Positions 8,982 through 19,578 are shown, counted from the first letter of the stretch. The stretch: 64,000 bases of DNA from Terriglobia bacterium (GCA_963767595.1 CAVYEK010000021.1:33658-97657), one strand, 5' to 3'. A program made the numbers and translations. Notes: generated from the sequence alone by a model not told the origin.

Positions 8982-11672
8982 CTACGAATAGGCGAACTCT
9001 CCATTTTCTCCGACCGTGACGTGAACCGCATCGGGCTTGAGTCCTTCGGCGATCTTGCCCAGGATCTGGGTGGATATCTCGGGCAACATCGTATTGGTCA
9101 GGATATTATCCACATTTCGGGCGCCGCTCTCCACCTCGGTGCAGCGGCGGGCCACTTCGTCGACCAGGGCGGCGTCGTAGGTGAGCGCGACGCGGTGGCT
9201 TTCCTGGAGGCGGCGCTGGATCTTGGCGAGCTTGAGCCCGATGATCTTCTTCAACGCTTCATCGCGAATGGGGAAGTAGGGGATGACCACCAGGCGTCCC
9301 AGGAAGGCGGGCTTGAAGATCTTGTCGAGTTCCGGCTTGATGGCCTTGACCAGCCCGTGCTGCGAGGGCATGGTCTCCGGGTCGGCGGTGAGCTTCATGA
9401 TGCTGTCGGTGGCGGCGTTGGAGGTCAGGATGATGATGGTGTTCTTGAAGTCGATCTCGCGGCCTTCGCCGTCTTCCATCTGGCCCTTGTCGAACACCTG
9501 GAAAAAGAGCTCCAGTACGTCGGGGTGAGCCTTCTCGACTTCATCGAGCAGCACCACGGAATACGGGCGGCGGCGGACGGCTTCGGTGAGCACGCCGCCT
9601 TCGCCGTAGCCCACATAACCCGGAGGCGATCCCTTGAGGGTAGAGACGGTGTGGGCTTCCTGAAACTCGGACATGTTGATGCCGATCAGGTTACGCTCGC
9701 CGCCAAAGAGGAGGTCGGAAAGCGCCAGCGCGGTCTCGGTTTTGCCGACGCCGCTGGGGCCAACCAGCAGGAACACGCCGACCGGTTTGCCGGGATCGTC
9801 CAGCCCGGCGCGCGCGGTTCGCACGCGCTGGCTGATCATGGCGAGGGCGTGGTCCTGGCCGATGACGCGCGCGCCGAGGTGCTGCTCCAGCTTGAGCACC
9901 GTGGCGATTTCGTCCTTGAGCATCTTGCCGACCGGAATACCCGTCCAGGCGGAGACCACCTCGCCGATGATCTGGGCGTCCACGCAGACGCGCAACAGCG
10001 GCGTTTCGCCCTGCAGGGCGGCCAGTTCGTCGTTCAACTCGCCAAGCCGGGCGCGCAACTGTTCGGGGTCGGGCGCGGGCTGCGCGGCGGCGGCGGCGCC
10101 CGCGCCGGCCGGCTCGGCTTCGGCGGGGGATGGCGCCGCGGGGGCGTTGCCGGCTTCCAACTGGGAGCGGATTTCCCGAATGCGGGTGACCAGATCGCGC
10201 TCCTTCTCCCAGCGGCCGTTCAATTCCTGGAGGGCCGCTTCGGTCTTGGTCTTCTTCTCGGCGATAGCCGCCAGCCGTTCCGCGTGATCCGCGCCCGCGG
10301 CGGCTTCCCGCTCCAGAATGCGGGTCTGCACGGCGAGGTCTTCGAGCGTGCGAATGGAGTCCTCAATGGCCGGGGGCGTCGAGTTTTGACCCAGCGCCAG
10401 GCGGGCGCAGGCGGTGTCGAGGACGCTGACGGCCTTGTCGGGCAACTGGCGGTCCGGCAGGTAGCGGTGCGACAGCTTGACTCCGGCGAGCAGGCCCTCA
10501 TCCAGGATGCGGACGCTGTGATGTTTCTCGAGAGTGGGGACCACGCCACGCAGCATGAGAGCGCATTGGGTTTCGGTGGGCTCCTCGACCTTGATCAACT
10601 GGAAGCGGCGCGCCAGGGCGGGGTCCTTTTCGAAGTACTTCTTGTACTCGGACCAGGTGGTGGCGGCGATGGTGCGCAATTCGCCGCGGGCGAGGGCCGG
10701 CTTGAGCAGGTTGGCGGCGTCGTTCTGGCCGGCCTGGCCGCCCGCTCCGATCATGGTGTGGGCCTCATCGATGAACAAGATGATCGGCGTGGGCGAAGCC
10801 TTGACCTCGTTGATCAGTCCCTTGAGGCGGTTTTCGAATTCGCCCTTGACGCCCGCCCCGGCTTGCAGCAGCGCGAGATCCAGAGTCCGCACGGCGACGT
10901 TCTTCAGCACCGGGGGCACGTCGCCCTGCGCGATGCGCAGCGCAAAGCCCTCGACTACGGCGGTTTTGCCGACGCCGGCTTCGCCCACCAGAATGGGGTT
11001 GTTCTGACGCCGGCGGGTGAGAATGTCGACCACCTGGCGGATCTCGGAATCGCGCGCCAGCACGGGGTCCACTTTGCCCTGGCGGGCGTTCTCGGTCAGG
11101 TTGACGGTGTACTGATCGAGGTTGGGGGTTTTGCCACCGGCGCCGGGCCGCGGCGCGCCTTCCGGCGCGGCGGCTTCGGCGGCCTCCATTTCCTCGCTTT
11201 CGGCGGAATTGGCGACGATCGTGAGGAAGTCCTTCTTGAGGGCGTCGGCCGGGATCTTCTGCAGCTCTCGGCTGACCTCGCGCACAATCCGCGCCAGCTC
11301 TTCATCGGAGACCAGCGCCAGAATCGTGAAGCCGGTGCGGATGCGCGTGGCCGCGAAGTCGATCGAGCCTATGGTCCAGGCCTGGGTGAACATCTTCAGC
11401 AGCGACGGGCTCAAGGCCGGCGTGCGCGCGTTGCCGGACTTGAGTTTGTCCAGGCTGCGCGTCAACTCCGCGGACAGGCGCGACTTGTCGATGCCAAATT
11501 GTTTCAGGATGAAGGCGAAGTCTCCATCGCTCGAATCGAGCAGTTTCATCAGGTAATGCTCGATTTCGACGTCATAGTGGGTCCGGGACAGGCAGAATCC
11601 CGCGGAAGCCTCCAACGCCAGGCGCGCCGAGTCATTCAGTTTCGCGATGAGCGATCGTAGATTGAGCCCCAT
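8982..11672 (-). CDS. clpV: T6SS AAA+ sheath-recycling ATPase ClpV (TssH)
   Basis: 896 aa. Clp N-domain and two AAA+ modules ('GEAGVGKTAVVEG', 'GPSGVGKTETALAL'). GGGAGGA RBS. Confidence 0.95.
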   Translation of the reverse strand: MGLNLRSLIAKLNDSARLALEASAGFCLSRTHYDVEIEHYLMKLLDSSDGDFAFILKQFGIDKSRLSAELTRSLDKLKSGNARTPALSPSLLKMFTQAWTIGSIDFAATRIRTGFTILALVSDEELARIVREVSRELQKIPADALKKDFLTIVANSAESEEMEAAEAAAPEGAPRPGAGGKTPNLDQYTVNLTENARQGKVDPVLARDSEIRQVVDILTRRRQNNPILVGEAGVGKTAVVEGFALRIAQGDVPPVLKNVAVRTLDLALLQAGAGVKGEFENRLKGLINEVKASPTPIILFIDEAHTMIGAGGQAGQNDAANLLKPALARGELRTIAATTWSEYKKYFEKDPALARRFQLIKVEEPTETQCALMLRGVVPTLEKHHSVRILDEGLLAGVKLSHRYLPDRQLPDKAVSVLDTACARLALGQNSTPPAIEDSIRTLEDLAVQTRILEREAAAGADHAERLAAIAEKKTKTEAALQELNGRWEKERDLVTRIREIRSQLEAGNAPAAPSPAEAEPAGAGAAAAAQPAPDPEQLRARLGELNDELAALQGETPLLRVCVDAQIIGEVVSAWTGIPVGKMLKDEIATVLKLEQHLGARVIGQDHALAMISQRVRTARAGLDDPGKPVGVFLLVGPSGVGKTETALALSDLLFGGERNLIGINMSEFQEAHTVSTLKGSPPGYVGYGEGGVLTEAVRRRPYSVVLLDEVEKAHPDVLELFFQVFDKGQMEDGEGREIDFKNTIIILTSNAATDSIMKLTADPETMPSQHGLVKAIKPELDKIFKPAFLGRLVVIPYFPIRDEALKKIIGLKLAKIQRRLQESHRVALTYDAALVDEVARRCTEVESGARNVDNILTNTMLPEISTQILGKIAEGLKPDAVHVTVGENGEFAYS

Positions 11673-11681
11673 GTGTCCTCC

Positions 11682-12734
11682 CTATGTCAACAACAACACC
11701 GTATCCGCGGGGGCGCGATCGAAGTCCGGTCCGGACTTCATCCAGGTGAACCAGCCCAGCCGCGGCCCAGCCAAACCATCTTCCCCCAATTTGCAGCGCG
11801 GCACTACCGCGCGCTCCAGGATCAGGCTGACCTCGATCTCCAGATGGGCGCCGCAGGAGAATCGCGCCATGTCCCGCAAAGGTTCGTGCGCGGCGCCGCC
11901 CGGCAGGAAGTCCAGGTACCGCTCCTCGGTCAGCGGGCCTAGTTTGAGGCGGATCCGCGACTGCTGATCCCAGATTTCGTCGCCCACCACGGTTCCCACG
12001 CCGAGTTGGGAGCTCAACGTCGCGCCGCTGCCCAGATCGCACTGATCGGCTTTCCCGAGAGGCTGCCAGGCTCCCACGAACTGCTCCACCTCCACCGGAA
12101 CGCCGAAATAGTCCTCGAGCACGCCGCGGACCGCGACGGCGGAGCGCGGCTGCAGGGAGAGCAGGCCGCAATAGTAGAGCAACGAATCGTCGCGGACCAC
12201 CATGCGATTCCGCAGGCCATCGGAGCCAAGGCCGATCAGCGACATGAAATACTCCGAGAGGCGGTCTCCGCCGTCACGCTCATAGGCCACCGCGGAGCGG
12301 TACTTTTCCCATGCCTGGTAGAACAGGGAAATCATGCGGTGGTTGAAGATGTCGAAGAAGTCGGCTGCCGTGCGATCGCGCGAGCGAATGCGCGACCGGA
12401 TCAACTCCGTATAGACGCGTGGGAGCACGCCCATGGGGCCGGTCAGTCCCATGAAATTCACGGTCATGGCGGGCGCATCGCCAGACCAGTCGATGGAATC
12501 GATCTGGCTGCGAGGAAACGCGAGCGTGTTATTGGCGCGGAAGCGCACGGCCTCGCGGGCGGCGGAGCCGTAACCGCCGGGCTGCTCGCGCTGGTTGAAC
12601 ATCCGCAGCACCAGGCGCACGGCCTGGAAGAATTCGAAGCGGCCGGGATGTTCCTCGAGGTCGCGCCGCACTTCGGCCAGGAAGGCGCCCGGCGGCGTCA
12701 GACCAGGATTTTCTGTCCCGCTCGCGGAGGCCAT
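11682..12734 (-). CDS. tssG: T6SS baseplate protein TssG
   Basis: C-terminal 350 aa of ORF 11682..14129. 'GRFEFFQAVRLVLRM' and the following sequence are typical of TssG/ImpH. The ATG at 12734 was confirmed in the sequence. It overlaps the tssF stop by 37 nt. Confidence 0.9.
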   Translation of the reverse strand: MASASGTENPGLTPPGAFLAEVRRDLEEHPGRFEFFQAVRLVLRMFNQREQPGGYGSAAREAVRFRANNTLAFPRSQIDSIDWSGDAPAMTVNFMGLTGPMGVLPRVYTELIRSRIRSRDRTAADFFDIFNHRMISLFYQAWEKYRSAVAYERDGGDRLSEYFMSLIGLGSDGLRNRMVVRDDSLLYYCGLLSLQPRSAVAVRGVLEDYFGVPVEVEQFVGAWQPLGKADQCDLGSGATLSSQLGVGTVVGDEIWDQQSRIRLKLGPLTEERYLDFLPGGAAHEPLRDMARFSCGAHLEIEVSLILERAVVPRCKLGEDGLAGPRLGWFTWMKSGPDFDRAPADTVLLLT

Positions 12735-14539
12735 TCGCGGATCACCTCCTTCCTCTGCCGGGTTCGGGCGCTGAGCTGGGTGAAGCTGTTGAGCGTCGCG
12801 TAGAGAGCCAGGAAGCGCTCGATCACGCTGGCAAACAGGTAGACGCCGCCGCCCACGAACTGCTCCTCGTCGAGTTCGAGCTCGACGCGGGTTCCGCGCG
12901 CGAACGTCACGCCGTTCTCGGTGACGATGGGGGCGAAGTGCGGGCGGCTCTTCAAATCGGCGATCCCCTCGATCATCTTCTGAGCGAATGGAGAATCGGT
13001 GAAGTCGTAGAGGCGCAGGATCTGCTTGAGAGCGTCGCGGCCGTCTTCCACCAGCGACAGATGGTTGAGCGAAAGATGCGAGATCAGGCGCCACAGCGCC
13101 ATCTTGGAAGCGGGCGGGCGCAACGGAAGAGTGGGTTTGGTCAGCGCCACGATGCTCTTGATCGGGGCGCCGCCTTCCAGTTCGAAATCGCCGTCGGCAT
13201 TGCCGAAGGGCAGGCGCGCGGGCAGGTTCCGGTTGGTGCAGGTGGTGCGCACCGTCAGCGTGTCGGCGTCGGGGAGAGCCCTGCGGCCGGAGCGGTCCAC
13301 CAGCGCTATGTACATATCGGAAGCGTCGTCGTTCACGCGATTGGAGGCGCGGCGGTTGGCGATCCAGTAGCATTCCCGTCCGGCTCCCGCGGTCTCCTGA
13401 CGGTAGGAGTAGAACGGGCGGTAGGTAACCAGCTCGCGCGTGTCGGAGTCGATGGAACCGACTTCGTCGATGGAAAAGACCTCGGTGGCGGCGGGGCGCC
13501 GGATGTCGGGTTTGATCTCGTATTCGTATTTGCGCTGGTCGAGCAGGATGGGCTCGGTGGTCTGCGGGTACAGATTGACAATGGGAACGCAGCCGAGGCG
13601 GAATGTCTTGGGAGAAACTCCCATCTCCAGCCGCTGCGCGCGCTCTTCGTCGCCGGCGCCGGAGAACAGAAAAACGATCTCGGCGCTGTTCCGGAAGCCC
13701 GCGCCCCACACCGTGTCCAGGCCCGTTACGTCCACGAAAAGGAACTTGCTGGGGAAGGCGAAGAACTCCTGCAGAATTCGATAGCCGATGTGCGAGCGGA
13801 GCGGGTACGGCGCCATCCCTTCGTCTTCGGCGAATCCGACCGGGCGCAATGCGGAATCCGGCAGAGTCACGGGCGGGACTTTGGGGTTGTTTGGGTCGCG
13901 AACCACGATGCGCGTCAGCTTGGAGCAAAGCAGCTCGTAGAGCGCGTGAACCAGGTTGTTTTCTCCGGTGAGGTGAAAGCGGAGACAGTCGAGCTCGAGC
14001 TTGGGGAGGAGGGCATCCGGCGCGGAATTCACCACCAACCGGAGCGCGTGGGTCGCGTCGAGCGCGCGCAGAGGCGGGTGCAACTGGCCGGGGCTGGTCC
14101 ATTCGGCGCTGGTCACGCTCACCGGCCACACGGTGGCGTCATAGCAGGTGCGGAATTTGCAGGGGACGCCCCCGACCGGGCGGGAATAGAGCGCCGTGCC
14201 GCGATCGATTTTCAGACCCGTGGTCAGTTTGCCGCGTTCCAGGTCGAGGCGGAACTCCACGATCGACATGGACGGAATGGGCCGGATGAAATGCGGGTAG
14301 ACGATTCCCAGGAAGGCTTCCGTGATCTCGGGGAAATCGTCGTCGAGCTTCAGATGCACGCGCCCGGCCAGAAAGGCGAAGGCCTCCAGCAAACGCTCCA
14401 CGTGCGGGTCCTCGGACTCCTTGGACTCCTCGAGCATGAGCCGCGCCGCGATCTTCGGGTACTTTCCGGCGAACTGCGCTCCCATCTCCCGCAGGTACGT
14501 CAGCTCGCGTTCGTAATACAGCAGGACGTCATCCCGCAT
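12698..14539 (-). CDS. tssF: T6SS baseplate protein TssF
   Basis: 613 aa. The N-terminus 'MRDDVLLYYERELTYLREMGAQFAGKYPKIAARL' is characteristic of TssF/ImpG. Confidence 0.95.
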   Translation of the reverse strand: MRDDVLLYYERELTYLREMGAQFAGKYPKIAARLMLEESKESEDPHVERLLEAFAFLAGRVHLKLDDDFPEITEAFLGIVYPHFIRPIPSMSIVEFRLDLERGKLTTGLKIDRGTALYSRPVGGVPCKFRTCYDATVWPVSVTSAEWTSPGQLHPPLRALDATHALRLVVNSAPDALLPKLELDCLRFHLTGENNLVHALYELLCSKLTRIVVRDPNNPKVPPVTLPDSALRPVGFAEDEGMAPYPLRSHIGYRILQEFFAFPSKFLFVDVTGLDTVWGAGFRNSAEIVFLFSGAGDEERAQRLEMGVSPKTFRLGCVPIVNLYPQTTEPILLDQRKYEYEIKPDIRRPAATEVFSIDEVGSIDSDTRELVTYRPFYSYRQETAGAGRECYWIANRRASNRVNDDASDMYIALVDRSGRRALPDADTLTVRTTCTNRNLPARLPFGNADGDFELEGGAPIKSIVALTKPTLPLRPPASKMALWRLISHLSLNHLSLVEDGRDALKQILRLYDFTDSPFAQKMIEGIADLKSRPHFAPIVTENGVTFARGTRVELELDEEQFVGGGVYLFASVIERFLALYATLNSFTQLSARTRQRKEVIREWPPRAGQKILV

Positions 14540-15020
14540 TCTGAACCTCGTACTGGCTGGTGGTCAGTTGCAGGACCGTGTCGAAGGAGATATGTTCGGG
14601 GGCCGGGTCCATCATCAGGAGGGCTTCGATGCGGAAGCGGAACGTGCGGGTGTTGGCGGCCAGCGGCTCGATCGGCACAACGCGCACCTTGGCCAGCCGG
14701 GGCTCAAAGAACTTCAAGGCGGACTGCAACTGGCGGGTCAGCTTGGTCTCGGCGGCGGCGGACCCCAGGTTGTATCCGGTGTAGTCCGGCAAGCCGTAGA
14801 CATAGACCGAGCGGTTGAGCTCGCGCAGTCCTTCGGGGGGTGGAAAGGCCACTTGCCGGGTATTGAGGAGCCATTCGAGATCGCGCCGCACGGCGTCGCG
14901 AAGCGCCCGGACGGACTGTGCGCGCGTGAGGGACGCTTCGCTCGAGATCCGCGGGTCGGCGTCGATCAGCCGATCGAACACCGACAAAGTGACCGCCGCA
15001 TCAGGACCGGGTGGGGGCAT
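14529..15020 (-). CDS. tssE: T6SS baseplate gp25-like protein TssE
   Basis: 163 aa from ATG 15020 (confirmed in sequence). 'SVFDRLID...DLEWLLNTR' is the GPW/gp25 signature. The longest ORF (to 15164) is a spurious extension into tssA. Confidence 0.9.
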   Translation of the reverse strand: MPPPGPDAAVTLSVFDRLIDADPRISSEASLTRAQSVRALRDAVRRDLEWLLNTRQVAFPPPEGLRELNRSVYVYGLPDYTGYNLGSAAAETKLTRQLQSALKFFEPRLAKVRVVPIEPLAANTRTFRFRIEALLMMDPAPEHISFDTVLQLTTSQYEVQNAG

Positions 15021-15022
15021 GG

Positions 15023-16813
15023 TTATACGGAGAGCGCCTGGACGGGATCCAGGCGGCAGATCCGCTCGAACAGCGCCTGCTTGGCTTTTGGGTCCGCCTG
15101 GATCTTCTTGCTGCTCTGCAGCAGGAAAACCAGGGCGCCCGCGATGGTCTCGCGATCCTCCCAATCGTCCAGTTTATGCGTATCGATGGCCGCCGCCACA
15201 TCGTCCAGCAAGGGCTGGGCGATACTGTCCTTGCCGGCGGCGATGCAGATCCGCGCCAGTTGCATTTTGCGCAGGAAGCGGGCGCGGCCGCTGAGGGCGC
15301 GTTCCACTTCGCGTTGCAGGATCTCGACGGCTTTCGGCTGCAGGCCCGCCCGCATGGCCTCCTGGGCGAGGGCCTGCGGATCCACAAACCGCTTCTGCCA
15401 GCCGGGAGCGCGCGCATCGTCGGCGGCGGGACCGTGCGGCGCGCCGGGAAGCGGAGGCGCGTCGGATGGTTCGGCGAGGAGCTCGCGCAGCCATCTCTGG
15501 GTTTCGGAATTGGCCGCCGGCGTGTCGTCGGTAAGAGCGGAGTCGAGCAGTTGCGGAAGGTCTCGCAGCAGCGTACGCAGCTCCGAGCGGATGGCGACGG
15601 CGATGGCGTTGTACTTGTCGCCCAGCGCCGTGCAGGCCTCCACCACGAAGCGCTGCAGGTCGAGCCAGGCGCGGCTGCACGGAAGGGCCATGATCTGTTC
15701 GGAGAGTTCCAGCAGCTCGGCCCAGCGGTTGCGCATCGCCAGGGCCTTGATCCGCTGGCGGAGGTCGCTGGGGGGCGCCTCCAGGACGCCCGGGTCGGAG
15801 GAGCCGCGCAATTCGCCCCAGCGGAGGCCGCGCAGCATCAGGTAAGCGGAAGGGCTGAACGGATCGCGCTTGCGCAGAACCGCGGCGGCCGCCACCACCG
15901 CCGCGATGGCCTCGCGGCGTTCGGCGGGCTCCGCGGAAACCAGAGAGCCCAGCCCGATGGAAGGGCCGCCACCCTCGGTTTCAGTTCCTTCGGTTCCCTC
16001 GGCCGCCTCTTGCGGAGATTCCGCGGGAACCTCTTCCACCGGGTCCGGCTCGGTTTCCCGCTTCTTTTGCAGCAGGCTGTGGACCACCTGGCGGACTTCC
16101 GTCAACCCTTCGCTCAGCCTGCCGAACCCCGGCCCCGCATCGGCGAATTTCCGCTGGCAGGCTTCATTGAGCGCGGCGACCGCGGCCACCGAGGCGTCGA
16201 ATTGCTTCTCCAGGTCGGCGTAAAAGGCCTTGGGTGTTTCGACGAACGATTTGTCGAAGATCTCAGGGGCAAGTTTGCCCTCTTTCAGGGCTTTCTCGCG
16301 AGCGGCTTTCTGTTCCTTGCTCTGCGCCTGATCTTCGAAACCAACGGTCCGCGAGTCCTTGTACTGGAGGAAATTGTAGCCGTCCTGGCACAGCGCAACG
16401 CTCTTGACCGCGACAATCAGCCGGGAGCCAAGCCAGTCCAGCGGGGCCGTGCGTTGCTCGGCGTCGCCGTCCTCCAGTTCCGGATAGAGAGTGTCCCAGA
16501 AGTTATCCACCAGGCCATGGCACAATCTCAAGCCTTCGCTGAAGCCACGGATGCCCTCCCGCTTGAGCAGAGCTTCCGAAAGCCAGACCGCCAGTTGCAG
16601 GTCTTTGCTCTGGGTGGCGATGGCATCCTGGCAGAGTCTGGAGACCTGGACCCAGTCGGCGACCTTGCGCTCGAACTGCCAGGCGCCCTGGGCCAGCTCA
16701 TCGTCTTCGCGGCGGGCCTCCTTGATCTGGTCGTAGACGGGAGCGTAACGGAGGCTCTGCCCGCTGGGGTTGTCGCCCGCGATGGGATTGAGAATGTCTT
16801 CACGCAGTGGCAT
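15023..16813 (-). CDS. tssA: T6SS protein TssA (ImpA_N domain plus long VasJ-like C-terminal region)
   Basis: 'ILNPIAGDNPSGQSLRYAPVYDQIKEARRED' is the ImpA N-terminal motif. ATG 16813 confirmed; it overlaps the tagJ stop by 14 nt. Confidence 0.85.
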   Translation of the reverse strand: MPLREDILNPIAGDNPSGQSLRYAPVYDQIKEARREDDELAQGAWQFERKVADWVQVSRLCQDAIATQSKDLQLAVWLSEALLKREGIRGFSEGLRLCHGLVDNFWDTLYPELEDGDAEQRTAPLDWLGSRLIVAVKSVALCQDGYNFLQYKDSRTVGFEDQAQSKEQKAAREKALKEGKLAPEIFDKSFVETPKAFYADLEKQFDASVAAVAALNEACQRKFADAGPGFGRLSEGLTEVRQVVHSLLQKKRETEPDPVEEVPAESPQEAAEGTEGTETEGGGPSIGLGSLVSAEPAERREAIAAVVAAAAVLRKRDPFSPSAYLMLRGLRWGELRGSSDPGVLEAPPSDLRQRIKALAMRNRWAELLELSEQIMALPCSRAWLDLQRFVVEACTALGDKYNAIAVAIRSELRTLLRDLPQLLDSALTDDTPAANSETQRWLRELLAEPSDAPPLPGAPHGPAADDARAPGWQKRFVDPQALAQEAMRAGLQPKAVEILQREVERALSGRARFLRKMQLARICIAAGKDSIAQPLLDDVAAAIDTHKLDDWEDRETIAGALVFLLQSSKKIQADPKAKQALFERICRLDPVQALSV

Positions 16814-17510
16814 CGGAAGTGAACTCCAGCGACCGGACCTCCAGCAGCGGAACTTCCTCGCCATCCACGACGAACGTCTTCTGCCCCACGGGGAACTCGT
16901 GGCCGTCATCGTCGGCAACCCACTCGGTCGCGCGGCCCAGCCAAACCGACTCGTCGTCGGACTTCCACGAGAACGGATAGATTGCGGGAATCAGCACCTG
17001 CCCGATGTCGGTTCCTTTGAAGCTCGGACCGGTCAGGACGAAAGCGGGAGTCCACAGGGTATCGCGCAGGACGCGAGGAGGCGCGATTTGAACGGAGGCG
17101 ATATGCTCGAACGGGATCCACAGATAGGCGCCCGCCGCGTACAATTCCAGGCGCGAACCGATTGCGGGGTCCGCGTCGCTTATGGATTGAAACGGTTTGC
17201 CATTGAGCGTTCCCGGCGGGGACGCCGGCGCCGGGGCCTGGGGAAACTCCTGCTTCTGAAACATCGAATTGCGGGTCTTTTCGCCGTGCAGGGCGGAGTA
17301 GTAGAGCACCGCGCCCATTTCAGCTTCGGGGCTGCCCTTGGCCAAAACGCCCAACTGCTTCTCCGCGCGGTCGTACTGCCCGGAGAAGCAGAGGAGCTCG
17401 AAAAGAAACGTCCGCAACGCGGTGTCCGCGGGGTTGTCGCGGAGAGAGGCGCTGAGGGCTCTCTCCGCCTCCCGGACCTTCCCGGCATCGAGAAGTTCCT
17501 TGGCTTTCAT
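16800..17510 (-). CDS. tagJ: T6SS accessory protein TagJ (ImpE/SciE family)
   Basis: 236 aa. TPR-like N-terminus ('LLDAGKVREAERALSASLRDNPADTALRTFLFELLCFSGQYDRAEKQL') and an ImpE-like C-terminus. Sits between hcp and tssA. Confidence 0.8.
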   Translation of the reverse strand: MKAKELLDAGKVREAERALSASLRDNPADTALRTFLFELLCFSGQYDRAEKQLGVLAKGSPEAEMGAVLYYSALHGEKTRNSMFQKQEFPQAPAPASPPGTLNGKPFQSISDADPAIGSRLELYAAGAYLWIPFEHIASVQIAPPRVLRDTLWTPAFVLTGPSFKGTDIGQVLIPAIYPFSWKSDDESVWLGRATEWVADDDGHEFPVGQKTFVVDGEEVPLLEVRSLEFTSDATA

Positions 17511-17525
17511 GTCGGAGCCTAAGCG

Positions 17526-18029
17526 TCAGAAATTCCCTGGCGCCGCGAAATCGGGCTTCAGCGTCGCAAGGTCGTAGCCCTTTCTGATCGCGGCATCGAG
17601 CGACCCGTCGTCTTTCTCCGGCTTGTAAGCGATCTCCACAGCCTCGAAAGCGAAACTGACCGACTCGGTGGGGTTCTCATGGCTGCCCGATAACTGTACC
17701 GAAGTGATGAGCACATCCTTGAGATAGATGCGGAAGTAGTCGTCCTGCTTGTCGCCGACCGGTTTGTCGTACATCAGGTAGGCGTCCATCAGGATGTCGC
17801 CGCTGGCGCAGTGATCGCACAGCAGCGGGGAGGTTTTATCCAGGACCTTCATGATGGTCAGGTTTGAAAAGTTGGCCCGTCCGGACTTGGCCTCCTTGCC
17901 GGATGCGCCGGCGCCATAAGTTGCCGTCTGGCTCACGCCCCAACTGAACGACAGGATGTCGATGGCCCCTGTCTTGCTTGAGCTTGGCCCTTTGATGCTG
18001 TCAATCACTAAATAAGCGTTTACAGCCAC
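17526..18029 (-). CDS. hcp: T6SS inner tube protein Hcp (TssD)
   Basis: 167 aa. 'AYLVIDSIKG...AIDILSFSWGVSQ' and overall Hcp1 length and pattern. GTG start with AAGGAG upstream. Confidence 0.95.
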   Translation of the reverse strand: MAVNAYLVIDSIKGPSSSKTGAIDILSFSWGVSQTATYGAGASGKEAKSGRANFSNLTIMKVLDKTSPLLCDHCASGDILMDAYLMYDKPVGDKQDDYFRIYLKDVLITSVQLSGSHENPTESVSFAFEAVEIAYKPEKDDGSLDAAIRKGYDLATLKPDFAAPGNF

Positions 18030-18090
18030 GGATTTCTCCTTTACTCCTTCTCCAAAGTGAACCTAACCGCACACAAACCGCGGCGCGCCC

Positions 18091-19578
18091 CTACTTGGCT
18101 GGCGCCGGCAGATCCGCCACCAGGCGCAGCGAAACCGTCAGCTCCTCAAGCTGGAAGTGCGGCCGCATAAAAGCGACGGCCCGGTAGCAACCCGGCTTCC
18201 CCGGAATTTCCGTCACATCCACGCGAGCTTCCCGCAACGGGCACCTGGCCTTCATCTGGGGCGACGCGGTGTCGTCGGGAACGACATATCGGGTAATCCA
18301 GCGATTCAGGAAGATCTCGGCGTCGGCGCGCGACATGAAACTGCCGATCTTGTCGCGCATCATGGCCTTCAGGTAGTGCGCGAAGCGCGAGATCGCCATG
18401 ATATAGGGAATTTGCGCCGACAAACGGGCATTGGCGTTCGCCGAATCGCTGTCGTACAGTTTCGGCTTCTGGCAGGATTGCACGCTGAAGAACGCGGCGT
18501 AGTCGGTGTCCTTGCAGTGCACCAGGGGCACGAAGCCGAGGTCCGCCAGCTCTTTCTCGCGCCGGTCGGTAATGGTCATCTCGGTGGGGCACTTCATCGC
18601 TACGTCGCCCTCATCGGTGTAGAAGTTGTGAACCGGCAGGCCGGTCACCAGGCCGCCCCCTTCCACGCCCCGCATGGCAACGCTCATGCCAAACTGCGTG
18701 AAGGAGTTGGTCATCCGCGAGGCCAGAGCGAAAGCCGCATTCATCCACAGATACTTCGAATGATCGGTTCCGTCCACGTGCTCTTCGTAATTGAAATCCT
18801 CCACCGGCTTGGTGTCCTTGCCGTAAGGCAGCCGGCCCAGGACGCGAGGCAGGGTGAGGGCCACGTAGCGGGAATCTTCCGACTGGCGGAAACCCTTCCA
18901 CTTGGCGTACTCCGTGGTGTCCAGGATCTTCGCCAAGTCGCGCGGAGCGTCCAGGGCGGTCCAGGACGGCAAGTTGAGTATGTCGCAACTGGCCGCCGTG
19001 CAGAAAGGCGCATGAGCGGCCGCCGCCACATGGGAAATCTGGTCCAACAATTCGATGTCCTCGGGGTGCTTGCCGAATTCGTAGTCCCCCACCAGGGCGC
19101 CGAAGGGGGCGCCGCCGAAGACGCCGTACTCTTCCTCGTAAACTTTCTTGAACAGGGCGCTTTGGTCGAACTCCGGCGCGCGCTGCAAGTCCTTCAGCAG
19201 CTCCTTCTTGCCGCAGTTGAGGATGCGGATCTTGAGCATGGTTCCGGTTTCGCTCTGATCCATCAGGTACTTGACCCCGCGCCAGCTTGCTTCGAGCTTC
19301 TGGAACGAGGGGTGATGCATGATCTCGTTTAACTGGATCGATACCAGGTGGTCGATTTGCGCAATGCGGGCGTTGATCATCATCTCCGCATCGCGCGCGA
19401 TGGTCATGGAGCCTTCCAGAACCTGCGCCACGAACTCCTTCACCAGGTTCTTGCCGCGCTCGCGTGAAGCCGGCTCCATGCCAAAACGGCCTTCTTCCAC
19501 GATCTGGTCGAGCAGGCTCTTCTCCTGAACCTGTTCGCTGGCAGCCACCGAAGCCTGCGCGCTCTTTCGCTCAGCCAT
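18091..19578 (-). CDS. tssC: T6SS contractile sheath large subunit TssC
   Basis: 'HHPSFQKLEASWRGVKYLMDQ' is the TssC signature. ATG 19578 forms an ATGGCTGA overlap with the tssB stop. Confidence 0.95.
   Translation of the reverse strand: MAERKSAQASVAASEQVQEKSLLDQIVEEGRFGMEPASRERGKNLVKEFVAQVLEGSMTIARDAEMMINARIAQIDHLVSIQLNEIMHHPSFQKLEASWRGVKYLMDQSETGTMLKIRILNCGKKELLKDLQRAPEFDQSALFKKVYEEEYGVFGGAPFGALVGDYEFGKHPEDIELLDQISHVAAAAHAPFCTAASCDILNLPSWTALDAPRDLAKILDTTEYAKWKGFRQSEDSRYVALTLPRVLGRLPYGKDTKPVEDFNYEEHVDGTDHSKYLWMNAAFALASRMTNSFTQFGMSVAMRGVEGGGLVTGLPVHNFYTDEGDVAMKCPTEMTITDRREKELADLGFVPLVHCKDTDYAAFFSVQSCQKPKLYDSDSANANARLSAQIPYIMAISRFAHYLKAMMRDKIGSFMSRADAEIFLNRWITRYVVPDDTASPQMKARCPLREARVDVTEIPGKPGCYRAVAFMRPHFQLEELTVSLRLVADLPAPAK

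Noticed and set aside
8904-11660. 918-aa plus-strand ORF
   Set aside because: It is antisense to clpV and its composition is low-complexity Gly/Arg/Ala-rich. clpV on the minus strand has unmistakable AAA+ motifs.
12735-14129. 5' extension of the tssG ORF to 815 aa
   Set aside because: The extension is Arg/Pro-rich junk running out of frame through tssF. TssG-like sequence begins at ATG 12734.
12938-16822. Plus-strand ORFs 12938..14818 and 15011..16822 (and 14568..15845)
   Set aside because: They are antisense shadows of tssF, tssE and tssA.
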